Below, piece by piece: positions 39,331-49,111 of a stretch of DNA of 64,000 nucleotides. A program made the translations under genes and the position numbers. The notes under the pieces were generated by a model. That model saw only the letters and a program-made list of their open reading frames with translations, did no database searches and was not told the DNA's origin. Source of the DNA: Actinomycetota bacterium (lineage in GTDB: Bacteria; Actinomycetota; Actinomycetes; Nanopelagicales; Nanopelagicaceae); the NCBI GenBank assembly GCA_009698445.1, contig WLQG01000002.1:7488-71487 (forward strand). The letters run 5' to 3'. Each line of letters begins with the position of its first letter. The stretch's first letter is position 1.

Positions 39331-39975
39331 ATGGTAATTCCTTCGCGGTTAGCTGAGTACATCGTTGCCGCGATGATAATTATCTTGGCGCCTGGCCCGA
39401 GCGTTTTATTCGTAATCGCTCGGGCCATCGCGTGGGGTCGAAAAGTTGCAGTCTTTACAGTCGCAGGCAACGTCTGCGGCTCTTTTGTTTTATCAGTTTT
39501 TGTAGCTCTTGGTCTTGGTCCGATTTTGCAGAGATCAGATCTTGCCTACACCGCAGTGCAATGGGGCGGCGGCCTTTACTTAATTTATTTAGGCATTGAT
39601 GCCATCAGACATCGCAGAATTCATGCCGCCGATATGACTAATCAAGGCGATAGTGCGCCATCTGCTTTTCGCTCCATTCGTGATGGCTTTTGGGTTGGCG
39701 CGCTTAATCCCAAGGCAATTGTTTTTTATGCCGCAGTTTTGCCCCAGTTTATAGATCGCGATAAAGGACACATCACCGCCCAGTTAATTTTGCTAGGTGC
39801 AATCTTTTCTATTCTTGCTTTTATCTCAGATGGTTCATGGGGGCTGCTAGCTGGCACTGCACGTGCGTGGCTAGCAAATGATTCATCCCGCCTAGAAAAA
39901 CTGCGCGGCGCTGGCGGAAGCATCATGATTCTGCTGGGACTATCGGTTTTGTTCTTCGCAATTGTCAGTGCCTAG
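39331..39975 (+). CDS. LysE/RhtB family exporter
   Basis: PGP, GG.YL.YLG, LNPKA..FY.A.LPQF. Confidence 0.93.
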   Translation: MVIPSRLAEYIVAAMIIILAPGPSVLFVIARAIAWGRKVAVFTVAGNVCGSFVLSVFVALGLGPILQRSDLAYTAVQWGGGLYLIYLGIDAIRHRRIHAADMTNQGDSAPSAFRSIRDGFWVGALNPKAIVFYAAVLPQFIDRDKGHITAQLILLGAIFSILAFISDGSWGLLAGTARAWLANDSSRLEKLRGAGGSIMILLGLSVLFFAIVSA

Positions 39976-39990
39976 AGCCACAATAGGTCT

Positions 39991-40674
39991 ATGAAAAAAC
40001 CACTAAAGCCAGCGCGCGAAAATATCTCTCCCTCAGATTTAACTTTTGGTCTATCGACATGCAAACGCTGTTTGTGGGTGAAGTACTGGTACAAAGTCAC
40101 CGCTCCTATGACCATGCCCCTGGTGGGAACCTTGTCATCGCTGCAGGAAGAGTTTTTTCAAAGGGCAGATATGCCAACAATTGATCCATCACTTCGTCCA
40201 GGAACTGTTACTAAATGGGGCGAATTTGTTAAGAGCAAGCCAATTCAAATTAAGGGGCAGGACACGCGCTGGCGCATTCTGGGAAAGTACGACCTGGTTT
40301 CAACGAATGACGATGGAACAGTAGGACTAATCGACTGCAAAGTTTCAGATTCAGAGCGCGATAGTGGCACTTTTTACTCACCACAACTTGAGGCGTACGC
40401 CTTTGCACTTGAAAATCCAGCTGCAGGAAAAGCTGTTGAGGTTGCATCAATGGGTTTACTCGTATGGAAACCCACTCACACCGTTGGAGATAACCCTGAT
40501 AACAGTGGATTCGGTGTGTATCAAAAATATGTTGCTGTGGAGCGCGACCATGATAATTTTATGCGTGTTATTACAGATTTTATTAACGTGTTAGAAGGAG
40601 ATATCCCAGAATCTGGATCGACGTGCACAACGTGCCAGTTTCTTAACGTTCGTAATGGATTAGATCTTCTTTAG
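39991..40674 (+). CDS. Stand-alone PD-(D/E)XK (RecB/Cas4-like) nuclease
   Basis: SPS, CKRC, GKYD...IDCK, QLEAY, CTTC. Confidence 0.85.
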   Translation: MKKPLKPARENISPSDLTFGLSTCKRCLWVKYWYKVTAPMTMPLVGTLSSLQEEFFQRADMPTIDPSLRPGTVTKWGEFVKSKPIQIKGQDTRWRILGKYDLVSTNDDGTVGLIDCKVSDSERDSGTFYSPQLEAYAFALENPAAGKAVEVASMGLLVWKPTHTVGDNPDNSGFGVYQKYVAVERDHDNFMRVITDFINVLEGDIPESGSTCTTCQFLNVRNGLDLL

Positions 40675-41372
40675 TCTTCTTCGCCAGCTACGTTAATATC
40701 ATCAGGATTAGATTTCTTTGGCGCATACGTATCAACATATTCTTGACCAGACATTGCCTGAATTGCATTCATAATTTGATCTGTGCATTCTCGTAGATAT
40801 AACAAATCAGTTGAATCGCCATCGAAATACATTGGCTTTCCAAAGTGCATTCCTACTCGGTGAAGATTAGGGATTACTTTGCCAGTTGGCTGAATCTTGT
40901 CGGTATTAGACATGGCAACTGGAATAACCGGTGCTCCTGATTCGATAGCTAAACGCGCAATTCCCGTACGTCCTTTATACAGGCGACCATCAGGTGATCG
41001 AGTTCCTTCTGGGTAGATGCCTAAGCAATCGCCCTCTGCCAATACTTTTAAGCCCGTGATGAGCGCAGCTTCACTGCGGCGACCTCCCGAGCGATCAACT
41101 GGAACTTGGCCAAGTGCGATAAAAGTTAACTTCTTCAATAAACCTTTTGCCCCAGGTGAGGTGAAGTACTCACTCTTGGCCAAGAAAGTAACTTTACGAG
41201 GAACAACCAGCGGCATAAAGATTGAATCACTAAAAGATAAATGGTTAGAGGCGATGATTACCGGACCCTTTGAAGGGACATTGCGCAGGCCTTTTACTTT
41301 GGGACGAAAGCCGGCCATAAGAAAGGGCGTCAAAAAAGCACGCAAAGTTCCGTATGGCAGGTTGCTCAACAT
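40671..41372 (-). CDS. plsC: 1-acyl-sn-glycerol-3-phosphate acyltransferase (PlsC family)
   Basis: NHLSFSD, FLAKSEYF, YPEGTRS. Confidence 0.9.
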   Translation of the reverse strand: MLSNLPYGTLRAFLTPFLMAGFRPKVKGLRNVPSKGPVIIASNHLSFSDSIFMPLVVPRKVTFLAKSEYFTSPGAKGLLKKLTFIALGQVPVDRSGGRRSEAALITGLKVLAEGDCLGIYPEGTRSPDGRLYKGRTGIARLAIESGAPVIPVAMSNTDKIQPTGKVIPNLHRVGMHFGKPMYFDGDSTDLLYLRECTDQIMNAIQAMSGQEYVDTYAPKKSNPDDINVAGEED

Positions 41373-41416
41373 GGTTCTAATTTAGTGGCTATTGCCAGAT
41401 ATGACACTATCGGAGG

Positions 41417-41683
41417 GTGAATAATCCCCGCCCAGGCCCTGATGAGTTCGATGATGAGGATCTTATTCGTAGTGAATTTGATTCCATCGTCTCTGGCCTA
41501 TCCCTGGATGAATCCGCTCCAACAACGTACCTTGATGAATTGGAAAAGTTTGAAGATACCAATCGTTTTATTGCTCCCAATCCCCCGCGTCAAAACATTA
41601 AGCAAATCTTTAGGTCAGCAAAGTTAGCCATGAAAAAATGGTTTAATCGCGGCTACCACGAGGATGACGGAGCATCTGTATGA
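41417..41683 (+). CDS. Small acidic hypothetical protein
   Basis: 88-aa ORF filling the gap, ATGA-coupled to the next gene; F..IV, F.AP.P and DDGA.V resemble the protein at this position in other actinobacteria. Confidence 0.7.
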   Translation: MNNPRPGPDEFDDEDLIRSEFDSIVSGLSLDESAPTTYLDELEKFEDTNRFIAPNPPRQNIKQIFRSAKLAMKKWFNRGYHEDDGASV

Positions 41684-42663
41684 GTGAATTTAAATGGGGA
41701 ATCATCGGAACGGGTGGAATCGCCCACGCTTTTGCTAAAGATTTAGCCTTACTTAATGGTCATACCGTCTACGCAATCGGATCTAGAAATTTAAATACTG
41801 CGCAAAATTTTGCAACAGAGTTTAATGCGGCAAAGGCCTATGGTTCTTACGAAGAGTTAGTTCATGATGGTTCGATTGACGCTGTGTATATTGCAACACC
41901 TCATCCTTCGCACTTAGAAAACGTTCTTCTAACATTAAATGCACAAAAACCAGTCTTATGCGAAAAGCCCTTTGCAGTTAATGCAAAAGAAGCAAAACAA
42001 ATGGTGGATGCAGCTGCAGCAAATAATGTTGCGATTATGGAAGCAATGTGGGCACGCTTCCTGCCACATTATGCAAAAATTCGCGAAATCATTGCAAGTG
42101 GCATCCTCGGTCAAATTACAACTATTCATGCAGATCATGGTCAACGTTTAGCCGATCAGAATATTCCGCGACTCGTGGAACCTTCACTCGCCGGCGGAGC
42201 GCTCTTAGATCTGGGGATTTATCCCATCTCATTTGCTCACATGATTCTTGGTATTCCTACTTCAATCACAGCTAATGCAGTGTTGACTGAAAAAGGTGTT
42301 GATGCTCAGACATCAATAATTCTTAACTACCCGCAAGGTGCGCAGGCGGTACTTAATACATCCATGATTGTGCAGACTCCGTGTACTGCCGTTGTTGCTG
42401 GTCTCAATGGGTATCTTGAAGTTGACCGCACTTTCTATAATCCGACTTCAATGCGTGTCACTCTTTATGATGGAACCGTTACCGAATATCCAAACACATA
42501 CTCAGGTCATGGACTTCGCGAACAAGCCGCTGAATTTGCACGTGTTTTAAAAAGCGGCGAAAAAGAATCTCCAATTCTTAGAACCACAGATACAGTGGCA
42601 ATCATGGAGATCATGGATACCGTGCGTGCTCAGATTGGGTTGAAGTACCCGTTTGAAAATTAA
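41680..42663 (+). CDS. Gfo/Idh/MocA oxidoreductase
   Basis: WGIIGTGGIA, YIATPH, CEKP, MEAMW, GGALLDLGIY. Confidence 0.93.
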   Translation: MSEFKWGIIGTGGIAHAFAKDLALLNGHTVYAIGSRNLNTAQNFATEFNAAKAYGSYEELVHDGSIDAVYIATPHPSHLENVLLTLNAQKPVLCEKPFAVNAKEAKQMVDAAAANNVAIMEAMWARFLPHYAKIREIIASGILGQITTIHADHGQRLADQNIPRLVEPSLAGGALLDLGIYPISFAHMILGIPTSITANAVLTEKGVDAQTSIILNYPQGAQAVLNTSMIVQTPCTAVVAGLNGYLEVDRTFYNPTSMRVTLYDGTVTEYPNTYSGHGLREQAAEFARVLKSGEKESPILRTTDTVAIMEIMDTVRAQIGLKYPFEN

Positions 42664-43604
42664 CTTCTAGCTAAGTCAGCAACTCCTACTAGACCAGCTT
42701 CATTACCCAACTGCGCCGCAATAATTTCTGGATAAGGATGTTTGCCCGCAAAAGGCATATTGCGCTCGAGTGATTCACGGGTTGGCTTCAAAAGAATTTC
42801 ACCTGCATCTATTACTCCCCCGCCAATAACAACACAGGCAGGATCGAGCAAAACTGCAAGGGAAGCGATTCCAGCACCTAACCACTGACCAGTTGTATTG
42901 AAAGCGGCCAACGCAACGGGATCACCTTCGCGCGCAGCATCAGTGATTGCTTGACCTGTAAGTCCAGCGACTGTGCCATCTCCGCGTGAGAGAAGATTGC
43001 GTGCAATTTCAGGACTTGCGTTAATTGCTTCACGTGCATGGCGCAGCAATGCATTTCCCGATGCATATTGCTCGAAACAACCACGTGCACCGCATCCACA
43101 GATATGTCCATCGGGAACTACGCGCATATGTCCAAACTCTGCTGCAATTCCAAACGCACCGCGATAGAGCGCACCATTAACAACGATTCCTCCACCAATT
43201 CCCGTACCAACGGTAAGCATCATCATGTGATTTTGATTTTTGCCGGCACCAAACTGTGCTTCACCCCATGCAGCTGCATTTGCATCATTTTCGATCACGA
43301 CTGGAAGCCCTATAAGTTTGGTGAGTTGATTATCTAAATCAACACCATTCCAGTCGGCAATGTTGGGAGTTGCAAGCATTGTCTTGCGATCAGATGAAAC
43401 AAAACCTGCAGCAGAGACACCTACGGATGAAATCGAATGTTGTTGTAGCAATTCTTTTGCGACATCGGCAATTGTCTGTGTTAGAGAAATGCCACCTTGT
43501 CGCGGCGTATCTTTTCTGGCAGTGGTTAGAACTTTTCCATCTTCATCCACAACGCCGCCTAGAACTTTTGTTCCGCCGACATCGATACCGATAGTCAATG
43601 ACAT
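42660..43604 (-). CDS. glkA: ROK family glucokinase
   Basis: DVGGTK, ENDANAA, GTGIGGG, EFGH, CGCGARGCFE. Confidence 0.93.
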   Translation of the reverse strand: MSLTIGIDVGGTKVLGGVVDEDGKVLTTARKDTPRQGGISLTQTIADVAKELLQQHSISSVGVSAAGFVSSDRKTMLATPNIADWNGVDLDNQLTKLIGLPVVIENDANAAAWGEAQFGAGKNQNHMMMLTVGTGIGGGIVVNGALYRGAFGIAAEFGHMRVVPDGHICGCGARGCFEQYASGNALLRHAREAINASPEIARNLLSRGDGTVAGLTGQAITDAAREGDPVALAAFNTTGQWLGAGIASLAVLLDPACVVIGGGVIDAGEILLKPTRESLERNMPFAGKHPYPEIIAAQLGNEAGLVGVADLARS

Positions 43605-43613
43605 TAAAGAAAA

Positions 43614-44051
43614 TTAACCCTCAAGCGAGGCTTTGAGTTGTGATAGTGCTTGATCAATAGTTGTCTTCTCAGCTTTTTGACGCATCATCGCTGGAATTGG
43701 CATTGATAACGAAACACCTAACTCGTAGGTGACTTGAGTTGTATCCTCATCGATTGCTTTAATTGAATAGGAGCCATCCATGCCGGTAAGCAAATCTGCA
43801 TCGTCTAGAGAAAACGAAAGTTTGGCAGGAGCCGCAGACCAGTCGTAATCTAAAATGACACGATCTTTCATCATGCCTGCATCAATGGTCATCTTCACTT
43901 TCGTTGCCTGACCTTTATCATCGCTTTCCACGACTTCGCTGGACTTAATAGAACTAGACCATGATGGGTATGCCTGGATGGCAAACAGGGCTTCTTGTAC
44001 AGCGGCCAATGGGGCATCTATCGTGATTGTTGAACTGCTCAAATCGCTCAT
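43614..44051 (-). CDS. SRPBCC/cyclase-family protein
   Basis: I.IDAP......L.....YP.W, DGSY; divergent from fadD as in other actinobacteria. Confidence 0.85.
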   Translation of the reverse strand: MSDLSSSTITIDAPLAAVQEALFAIQAYPSWSSSIKSSEVVESDDKGQATKVKMTIDAGMMKDRVILDYDWSAAPAKLSFSLDDADLLTGMDGSYSIKAIDEDTTQVTYELGVSLSMPIPAMMRQKAEKTTIDQALSQLKASLEG

Positions 44052-44106
44052 GGGGCCTAGGTTACCCTCTTCCGTATTTCTTAATTCTCACGCTAGCGTT
44101 AGCGCC

Positions 44107-45897
44107 ATGAATGAAGTCACTGCTCCCGCCCTTGTCCCTGCCGCCACCGCCGGCAATCTCACCAATCTCATCGCTGAAAGAGCATGGTTTGAGCCAGAGC
44201 GAGTAACTATGTCGCGCCCCCTAGGAGATGGGTGGCAGAGCGTAACTGCACGCGAAGTTGATGAAGAAATTCGCGCAACGGCCAAAGGATTAGTTGCAGC
44301 TGGTATCCAGATTGGTGATCGCGTCGCAATTATGGCCCGCACGCGCTATGAGTGGACGATTCTAGATTTCGCAATTTGGTTTGCTGGAGCAGTCGTTGTT
44401 CCTATTTATGACACGTCATCGGCTGAACAGATTGACTGGATTTTAAACGACTCAGGTGCAACAGGGATAATTGTCGAAACACCAGCGCTTCGTGAATTGG
44501 TACAAACAGTTTTGCCATCTCATACCAAACATATCTGGACTATGACCGAAGATGTTCTTGCAGTTTTGCGAAATGCAGGCGCACATATCGGCGATGACGA
44601 GATTGATCGCAGGCGCAATGCTCTTGGTCCAGATACTTTGGCTACGTTGATTTATACATCGGGAACAACCGGTAAACCTAAGGGTGTTTCACTTACTCAT
44701 GGAAACTTCTTGGCTGAATGCGGAAACGTTGTACAAGGCGCGAGTGATCTTTTCCTAAAACCTGGTGGTTCAACTTTGTTGTTCCTTCCTGTCGCACACG
44801 TATTTGGCCGCATGGTTCAAATCGGTGCAATAAATGCAGGTTTACATCTTGCTCACTGCAGCGATCCTGTTGGTCGCCTTCCATTTGATTTAGCATCATT
44901 CAAACCAACATTTGTTTTAGCCGTTCCGCGTATCTTTGAAAAGATTTATAACGGTGCAGAAGCTCGCGCAGAAGCTGCAGGTAAAGGAAAAATATTTAGA
45001 AAAGCCGCTGATGTAGCTATTGCATATTCTGAGAGCATGGATAAAAAGTCAATCTCTCCACTTTTAACACTCAAGCATGCTTTGTTTGACAAGTTGGTCT
45101 ACTCAAAAATCCGTGCAGGAATGGGCGGACGAGTTGAAGCTGCAATTTCTGGTGGCGCTCCGCTTGGAGTTCGACTTGGACATTTCTATCGTGGCGCTGG
45201 AGTAACAATTTTAGAAGGCTACGGTCTGACTGAAACAACAGCGGGTGCAACTTTGAACTTAACTAGCGCACACCGCGTTGGCTCTGTTGGTCGCCCTATT
45301 CCAGGCACGTCTATCAAAATTGCCGAAGATGGTGAAGTTCTTATCCGTGGGCCAATTGTTATGCGCGGGTACTGGCAAAACGAGGCTGCTAACGCTGAAG
45401 TATTTGATGGAGAACGTTGGTTTAAAACTGGCGATCTTGGAAAGCTCGATGAAGAAGGTTTCCTTTACATCGTGGGTCGTAAGAAAGAACTTATCGTGAC
45501 TGCTGGTGGAAAAAATGTTGCACCTGCAGTTCTAGAAGATCGCTTACGCGCACATCCACTAGTTAGCCAGTGCATGGTCGTTGGTGATAATCAGCCATTC
45601 ATTGCAGCCCTGGTGACAATTGACCAAGACGCACTCAAAGGTTGGGTCACAAACCACAAAAAGGAAGGTGCATCGATGGCAGATCTTGCCAATGATCCTG
45701 ACCTAATTGCTGTTGTTCAGACTGCAGTTGATGATGCTAACAAGGCAGTAAGCCGAGCCGAATCAATTCGAAAGTTTGCCATCTTGCCAACTGATTTCAC
45801 AATCGCTGGCGGACATCTCACTCAAAAACTTTCAATTAAGCGCCACGTCGTTGCGAAGGAATTCGCAAAGGAGATCGAGCGACTCTTCACAAAGTAA
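44107..45897 (+). CDS. fadD: Long-chain fatty acid-CoA ligase
   Basis: YTSGTTGKPKG, EGYGLTET, TGDLG, GRKKE. Start set at ATG 44107 behind -10 TAGCGT. Confidence 0.93.
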   Translation: MNEVTAPALVPAATAGNLTNLIAERAWFEPERVTMSRPLGDGWQSVTAREVDEEIRATAKGLVAAGIQIGDRVAIMARTRYEWTILDFAIWFAGAVVVPIYDTSSAEQIDWILNDSGATGIIVETPALRELVQTVLPSHTKHIWTMTEDVLAVLRNAGAHIGDDEIDRRRNALGPDTLATLIYTSGTTGKPKGVSLTHGNFLAECGNVVQGASDLFLKPGGSTLLFLPVAHVFGRMVQIGAINAGLHLAHCSDPVGRLPFDLASFKPTFVLAVPRIFEKIYNGAEARAEAAGKGKIFRKAADVAIAYSESMDKKSISPLLTLKHALFDKLVYSKIRAGMGGRVEAAISGGAPLGVRLGHFYRGAGVTILEGYGLTETTAGATLNLTSAHRVGSVGRPIPGTSIKIAEDGEVLIRGPIVMRGYWQNEAANAEVFDGERWFKTGDLGKLDEEGFLYIVGRKKELIVTAGGKNVAPAVLEDRLRAHPLVSQCMVVGDNQPFIAALVTIDQDALKGWVTNHKKEGASMADLANDPDLIAVVQTAVDDANKAVSRAESIRKFAILPTDFTIAGGHLTQKLSIKRHVVAKEFAKEIERLFTK

Positions 45898-45901
45898 CTA
45901 T

Positions 45902-46384
45902 GTGAGCCTCACGCAGCGGGTCAAACTCGCACAAGAGCTCCACGATGGCATAGCCCAAGATCTCGTGGGGTTGGGCTATGGTCTGGATTCGCTTCTGTTT
46001 AATGAAGAAGATGAAACCAAGCGTGCCAGTTTGCGTACCGTGCGGCTAGATATTAATTCGTTGATCGATAAAGTGCGTCAAGAAATCTTTGAACTAAGAA
46101 TCTCCGCAAACAGTGACAAACCATTAAGTACGAATAATGCATTGCAAGAGGATCTGACTAAAAGCTTCAATGAAATCATTGGAAATGTCTTACAGCATTC
46201 GCAAGCTAGTCAACTATTAATTTCAATTCAAGATAATGGAATTGGTGGTGCGCAGAAAAAAAGTAGCCACTTTGGACTACAAGGTGTCTCAGAGCGCATG
46301 GATTCACATCACGCTAAAATTGATTTGCAATCTGATTTTACCGGCACACATTTTACAATTACTGTCCCGCTAGTGGATAAATGA
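45902..46384 (+). CDS. Minimal HisKA_3 histidine kinase without sensor domain (160 aa)
   Basis: LAQELHDGIAQ H-box, E...N...HS N-box, DNGIG, FGL.G, GT. GTG 45902 taken as start. Confidence 0.8.
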   Translation: MSLTQRVKLAQELHDGIAQDLVGLGYGLDSLLFNEEDETKRASLRTVRLDINSLIDKVRQEIFELRISANSDKPLSTNNALQEDLTKSFNEIIGNVLQHSQASQLLISIQDNGIGGAQKKSSHFGLQGVSERMDSHHAKIDLQSDFTGTHFTITVPLVDK

Positions 46385-46986
46385 TGAACCTGCTCGTAGT
46401 TGATGACCACGCAGTTGTGCGTGAAGGTTTGAAACGCGCCTTATCGCAAGAAGGTTTTGATTCCATTGATGAAGCTGATTGCGTGAGTACTGCGCGGGCA
46501 AAGATTTCTGCACTTGCTCCCGATGTTGCAGTGATTGACATTAACTTACCTGAAGGAACTGGATTTGAACTTGTTCGTTGGATCCGCTCTTATTCAAAGT
46601 CAATTGGCATTGTTGTTCTAACACTTCATCATGAGGAGAACTACATTGTGGCTGCAATGAATGCAGGAGCCAGCGCCTTTGTTTCCAAATCTGAACCAAT
46701 TTCGTTTTTAATCGCTGCAATTAAGCACAGTGCGATCGCTCCATTGACCTTTAGCGCTCATGGTTTAGATGCAGTTCTGCGACATAGCCATAGCGAATTA
46801 ACTGCCCGCGAATTCGATTTGCTTGCACAACTAGAAAAAGGAATGACGACTCAAGAAATTTCAGAGGTGATGTTCATAAGCCAGTCCACGGTTAAAACGC
46901 ATTTGGCATCTATTTATAGAAAATTAGAAGTTAATAACAGGACTGCTGCCGTGCATGCGTTACATCAGCGAGGTTTAACCCGCTAA
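46381..46986 (+). CDS. NarL/LuxR-family response regulator
   Basis: VVDDH, VIDINLP phospho-Asp, T and K residues, LTARE...STVKTH HTH. Confidence 0.95.
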   Translation: MMNLLVVDDHAVVREGLKRALSQEGFDSIDEADCVSTARAKISALAPDVAVIDINLPEGTGFELVRWIRSYSKSIGIVVLTLHHEENYIVAAMNAGASAFVSKSEPISFLIAAIKHSAIAPLTFSAHGLDAVLRHSHSELTAREFDLLAQLEKGMTTQEISEVMFISQSTVKTHLASIYRKLEVNNRTAAVHALHQRGLTR

Positions 46987-48114
46987 GAGTTTGGCAAATT
47001 TAGCGGCCCAAATTTCCCATCGCCAATCCTTGATAATCCATTGACGCCCAGCATCTCCCATTTTTTTTCTTAGTTCTTCATCAAGAAGAAGTTCAATGAT
47101 GCGTTTTGATATCTGTTGGGTATCTGTACCCTCGACCACGTATCCAGTTACGCTTTCGATAACGGCGTCAGGAGCGCCTCCAGAAGCTCCAGCTACAACA
47201 GGTAAGCCACACGCACTTGCTTCAAGATAAACAATCCCTAGACCTTCAACTTCTAATCCAGCAAAACGTGAACGTGAAGGCATCGCGAAAATATCTCCTG
47301 CACAGATATATCGCGGAAGTTCTTGGTATTGAATCCGGTCGATAAAACTTACATTCTCGTGAAGTCTAAATTTGGTAACTAAAGATTGCAGATGTTTAAG
47401 ATATGGACCTTGCCCAATGAGAACCAGATGCGCGTCAGGTACTTGAGCGAGAATGAGGGGCATAGATTCGATCAAAAAATCCTGACCCTTGCGGTGAACT
47501 AAACGTCCCACACTGACAATTACTTTTTTATGTTCAAGGCCCAGAGATTTTCGCAAATCCTTCGAGTCGAGAGGTTTGAAATGATCTGTATTGATACCCG
47601 GCGCTATCTTGACCATTGATTCTGCAGATTTTCTACTTAATGCACGAGCAATTGCGGTACCGGTGAACTCACCCAAGTAAGTAAGTGAATCAGTAGTTTT
47701 ACCAATGCGGCGCATAATCAGATTAAATGGAAATACTTTCGACCACCAGACTTCATGGCCATGAGTCAGCGCAACGATACGTTTTGCACCTGCGCGTCGA
47801 AGTGCTGAAGACATCCACCCCAGGGGTGCGGCAGCACCGAATGCAACAGTTTCAATATTTCTGGTGCGAATTAACTTGGCAACTGTTCGATTGACTCGTG
47901 GGGTAGGTAGCAGAATTTTTGATTGATCTCGAATAACTTCGACACCAAAATCGCGCATCCAATTTGCATCATATTCTTGGGCAGCGTCTTGATTGGATGT
48001 GTAAACAACGATGCTCGATTTGGGTAGACGCTCGATTAAGCCAATGATGAAGGTTTCAATACCTCCGGCACGTGGGCCAAAATCATTGGTTACAAATAAA
48101 GTTTTATCAGAAAC
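46975..48114 (-). CDS. GT4 glycosyltransferase (PimB/MgtA-like), start codon non-canonical or missing
   Basis: Frame stays open 52 codons above ATG 47958 and encodes KTLFVTNDFGPRAGGIE. Also GRLVHRKG and EGLGIVYLEA. Confidence 0.85.
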   Translation of the reverse strand, partial: VSDKTLFVTNDFGPRAGGIETFIIGLIERLPKSSIVVYTSNQDAAQEYDANWMRDFGVEVIRDQSKILLPTPRVNRTVAKLIRTRNIETVAFGAAAPLGWMSSALRRAGAKRIVALTHGHEVWWSKVFPFNLIMRRIGKTTDSLTYLGEFTGTAIARALSRKSAESMVKIAPGINTDHFKPLDSKDLRKSLGLEHKKVIVSVGRLVHRKGQDFLIESMPLILAQVPDAHLVLIGQGPYLKHLQSLVTKFRLHENVSFIDRIQYQELPRYICAGDIFAMPSRSRFAGLEVEGLGIVYLEASACGLPVVAGASGGAPDAVIESVTGYVVEGTDTQQISKRIIELLLDEELRKKMGDAGRQWIIKDWRWEIWAAKFAKLLAG

Positions 48115-49111
48115 GTCGGGCCCCTACCAATGGTTTTCTTCCCATTGTTCCGAGCGGAGCAATTTTTACTCGTGAACCTGGTCTTGGTGCGTGAACCATC
48201 TTGCCTCCACCGATATAGATTCCAACGTGAGAAATGGGGCGCCCAAAAAATACTAAGTCACCTGGCTTCAGTGTTTTTGTAGATACAGATTTTCCTAATC
48301 TGGCCTGTGCGGCAGAAGAATGTGGAAGTGATACTCCGGCAGCTTGGTAAGCGCGCATCGTTAAACCTGAGCAATCCCAATTAATTAAGCCAGCTGCCCC
48401 AAAGACGTATCGATCACCAATTTGTTTGAGTGCGAATTTGATAGCACTACCTGCACGTCCTGAAATACCTGATAAAGCACGGGCCGCCGCCTGCGAAGTT
48501 GCCTGGTCAGCATCTTCTTGCTCAGCTGCTAATTTGGCTAATCTTTCACGTTCTGCCTTAGTTAACTTAGATAGCAATGCCTCTGCCTGCGCTAATTTTT
48601 CTTGAGCCATTGCTGATTGGGCTTTAAACTTCTTTTCTGCAGCTTTAACTAATGCTAATTTATCGTTGACGGTCAATGTTGTTGCACTCAATCGTTGCTG
48701 AGCTGCTTGATACTTTCGCAGTTGAGCAGACTTGCCTCGACTAATGGCATCCAAGGAGCCGGCTGAAGATAGATACAGTGTTGGATCTGATGAAAAGAGC
48801 AGTTCGAGTGACTGACCAAGCCCACCTGCTTTGTACTGCTCAATTGCAATAGTTCCTAAAGATTTTTGAAGCGCGGACAATGTCTGGCCCTGAACTTCTG
48901 CTTTAGCTTTGATTCCGTTGAGCGTTCTGGTTAATACACCAAGTTTTACTTTTGCCTCTTGCGCACCTTCGGCAGCTGCCGCCGCATCTTCTTCTAACAT
49001 TCGCACCTTCGCCTGAACCTCTGCAAGTGAAGGGGCGGCATGGGCAGGTGCAAGTAACCCCACTCCTAAGGCAATAGCCAGGAGCGCCGAAAGAAGAATG
49101 CGGCGATACAT
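48107..49111 (-). CDS. Secreted NlpC/P60 peptidoglycan endopeptidase with coiled-coil domain
   Basis: Signal peptide AHA-A, coiled coil, DCSG, PGDLVFF, HVG, HA. Start set at ATG 49111 behind -10 TAGCCT. Confidence 0.93.
   Translation of the reverse strand: MYRRILLSALLAIALGVGLLAPAHAAPSLAEVQAKVRMLEEDAAAAAEGAQEAKVKLGVLTRTLNGIKAKAEVQGQTLSALQKSLGTIAIEQYKAGGLGQSLELLFSSDPTLYLSSAGSLDAISRGKSAQLRKYQAAQQRLSATTLTVNDKLALVKAAEKKFKAQSAMAQEKLAQAEALLSKLTKAERERLAKLAAEQEDADQATSQAAARALSGISGRAGSAIKFALKQIGDRYVFGAAGLINWDCSGLTMRAYQAAGVSLPHSSAAQARLGKSVSTKTLKPGDLVFFGRPISHVGIYIGGGKMVHAPRPGSRVKIAPLGTMGRKPLVGARRF

Noticed and set aside
39991-40674. CRISPR-Cas or mobile-element context for the Cas4-like gene
   Set aside because: No repeat array, other cas genes, integrase or target-site duplication seen.
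47061-47068. T8 run (A8 on the coding strand) in the glycosyltransferase as a phase-variation tract
   Set aside because: Short, frame intact, encodes an ordinary Arg-Lys-Lys-Met stretch.
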